From Hypanus sabinus (taxonomy: Eukaryota), in the NCBI RefSeq assembly GCF_030144855.1, contig NC_082722.1:11966001-12030000 (forward strand): a stretch of DNA of 64,000 bases, in the 5' to 3' direction. This document shows positions 62,201-64,000 of the stretch, one piece after another. Within the stretch, counting starts at the first letter, position 1. The number at the start of each line of letters is the position of its first letter. The translations under genes and the position numbers were made by a program. A model generated the notes under the pieces. The model searched no databases. It worked only from the letters and a program-made list of their open reading frames with translations, and had not been told where the DNA came from.

Positions 62201-64000
62201 GCGAGGCAAGGCTCCAGGCAGAAGCGAGGCGAGGCGAGGCAAGGCTCCAGGCAGAGGCGAGGCAAGGCTCCAGGCAGAGGCGAGGCGAGGCTCCAGGCAG
62301 AGGCGAGGCGAGGCTCCAGGCAGAGGCGAGGCAAGGCTCCAGGCAGAGGCGAGGCGAGGCAAGGCTCCAGGCACAGGCGAGGAGAGGCGAGGCAAGGCTC
62401 CAGGCAGAGGCGAGGAGAGGCGAGGCGAGGCTCCAGGCAGAGGTGAGGAGAAGCGAGGCAAGGCTCTAGGCAGAGGTGAGGAGAAGCGAGGCAAGGCTCC
62501 AGGCAGAGGCGAGGCAAGGCTCCAGGCAGAGGCGAGGCAAGGCTCCAGGCAGAGGTGAGGCAAGGCTCCTGGCAGAGGCGAGGAGAGGCGAGGCAAGGCT
62601 CCAGGCAGAGGCGAGGAGAGGTGAGGCAAGGCTCCTGGCAGAGGCGAGGAGAGGCGAGGCGAGGCTCCAGGCACAGGAGAGGCGAGGCGAGGCGAGGCTC
62701 CAGGCAGAGGCGAGGAGAGGCGAGGCAAGGCTCCAGGCAGAGGCGAGGAGAGGCGAGGCAAGGCTCCAGGCAGAGGCGAGGAGAGGCGAGGCAAGGCTCC
62801 AGGCAGAGGCGAGGCGAGGCTCCAGGCAGAGGCGAGGCGAGGCTCCAGGCAGAGGCGAGGCGAGGCTCCAGGCAGAAGCGAGGCGAGGCGAGGCAAGGCT
62901 CCAGGCAGAGGTGAGGAGAAGCGAGGCAAGGCTCCAGGCAGAGGCGAGGCAAGGCTCCAGGCAGAGGCGAAGCAAGGCTCCTGGCAGAGGCGAGGAGAGG
63001 CGAGTCAAGTCTCCAGGCAGAGGCGAGGCGAGGCTCCAGGCAGAGGCGAGGAGAGGCGAGACGAGGCTCCAGGCAGAGGCGAGGAGAGGCGAGGCAAGGC
63101 TCCCGGCAGAGGCGAGGAGAGGCGAGGCAAGGCTCCAGGCAGAGGCGAGGCGAGGCGAGGCAAGGCTCTAGGCAGAGGCGAGGAGAGGCGAGGCAAGGCT
63201 CCAGGCAGAAGCGAGGCGAGGCGAGGCAAGGCTCCAGGCAGAGGCGAGGCAAGGCTCCAGGCAGAGGCGAGGCGAGGCTCCAGGCAGAGGCGAGGCGAGG
63301 CTCCAGGCAGAGGCGAGGCAAGGCTCCAGGCAGAGGCGAGGCAAGGCTCCAGGCAGAGGCGAGGCGAGGCAAGGCTCCAGGCACAGGCGAGGAGAGGCGA
63401 GGCAAGGCTCCAGGCAGAGGCGAGGAGAGGCGAGGCGAGGCTCCAGGCAGAGGTGAGGAGAAGCGAGGCAAGGCTCTAGGCAGAGGCGAGGAGAAGCGAG
63501 GCAAGGCTCTAGGCAGAGGTGAGGAGAAGCGAGGCAAGGCTCCAGGCAGAGGCGAGGCAAGGCTCCAGGCAGAGGCGAGGCAAGGCTCCAGGCAGAGGTG
63601 AGGCAAGGCTCCTGGCAGAGGCGAGGAGAGGCGAGGCAAGGCTCCAGGCAGAGGCGAGGAGAGGTGAGGCAAGGCTCCTGGCAGAGGCGAGGAGAGGCGA
63701 GGCGAGGCTCCAGGCACAGGAGAGGCGAGGCGAGGCGAGGCTCCAGGCAGAGGCGAGGAGAGGCGAGGCAAGGCTCCAGGCAGAGGCGAGGAGAGGCGAG
63801 GCGAGGCTCCAGGCAGAGGCGAGGAGAGGCGAGGCAAGGCTCCAGGCAGAGGCGAGGAGAGGCGAGGCAAGGCTCCAGGCAGAGGCGAGGAGAGGCGAGG
63901 CTCCAGGCAGAGGTGAGGCGAGGCACCAGGCAGAGGCGAGGAGAGGCGAGGCAAGGCTCCAGGCAGAGGCGAGGAGAGGCGAGGCTCCAGGCAGAGGCGA
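56200..64000. repeat. G-rich tandem array: TCC(A/G)GGCA plus variable numbers of GAGGC-type pentamers (monomers of 18, 23, 28, 33 or 38 bp); runs off the window end
   Basis: Direct reading; purine-rich plus strand with very little T; higher-order duplications at 808-bp and 987-bp offsets. Confidence 0.97.

Noticed and set aside
56147-63954. Very long ORFs (up to 1949 aa) on both strands
   Set aside because: They arise because the tandem array lacks stop-forming triplets; several frames are open at once and the peptides are low-complexity translations of the repeat.

Overview
Repeat-dense vertebrate DNA, most likely from a cartilaginous fish (inferred from the CR1, Penelope, Rex1 and V-SINE landscape). 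Most of the window is retroelement debris: many CR1 LINEs (one nearly intact), a full-length L1 with an 11-bp target-site duplication, two Ty3/Gypsy relics, a miniature Gypsy-derived LTR element, an RNase H-bearing I/Nimb-type LINE, Penelope, Rex1/Babar, tRNA-SINEs, a mariner MITE and a Chapaev3-like fragment. The last ~7.8 kb is a G-rich tandem array that appears to have expanded inside an LTR, and its very long ORFs are artefacts. The one clear host gene, missed as a whole by the ORF track, is a spliced + strand immunoglobulin-superfamily receptor: leader 36414-36465, germline-joined VJ-type domain 36608-36928, C1-set domain 40305-40607, transmembrane exon with an arginine 41650-41763, and uncertain cytoplasmic exons. 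It has the V-C1-TM layout of an antigen-receptor chain but no recombination signals. It is the intact member of a tandem cluster with two decayed upstream paralogues, one of which lacks the C1 exon at a clean breakpoint within a shared old CR1 relic. All alignments were made by eye and no database search was run.
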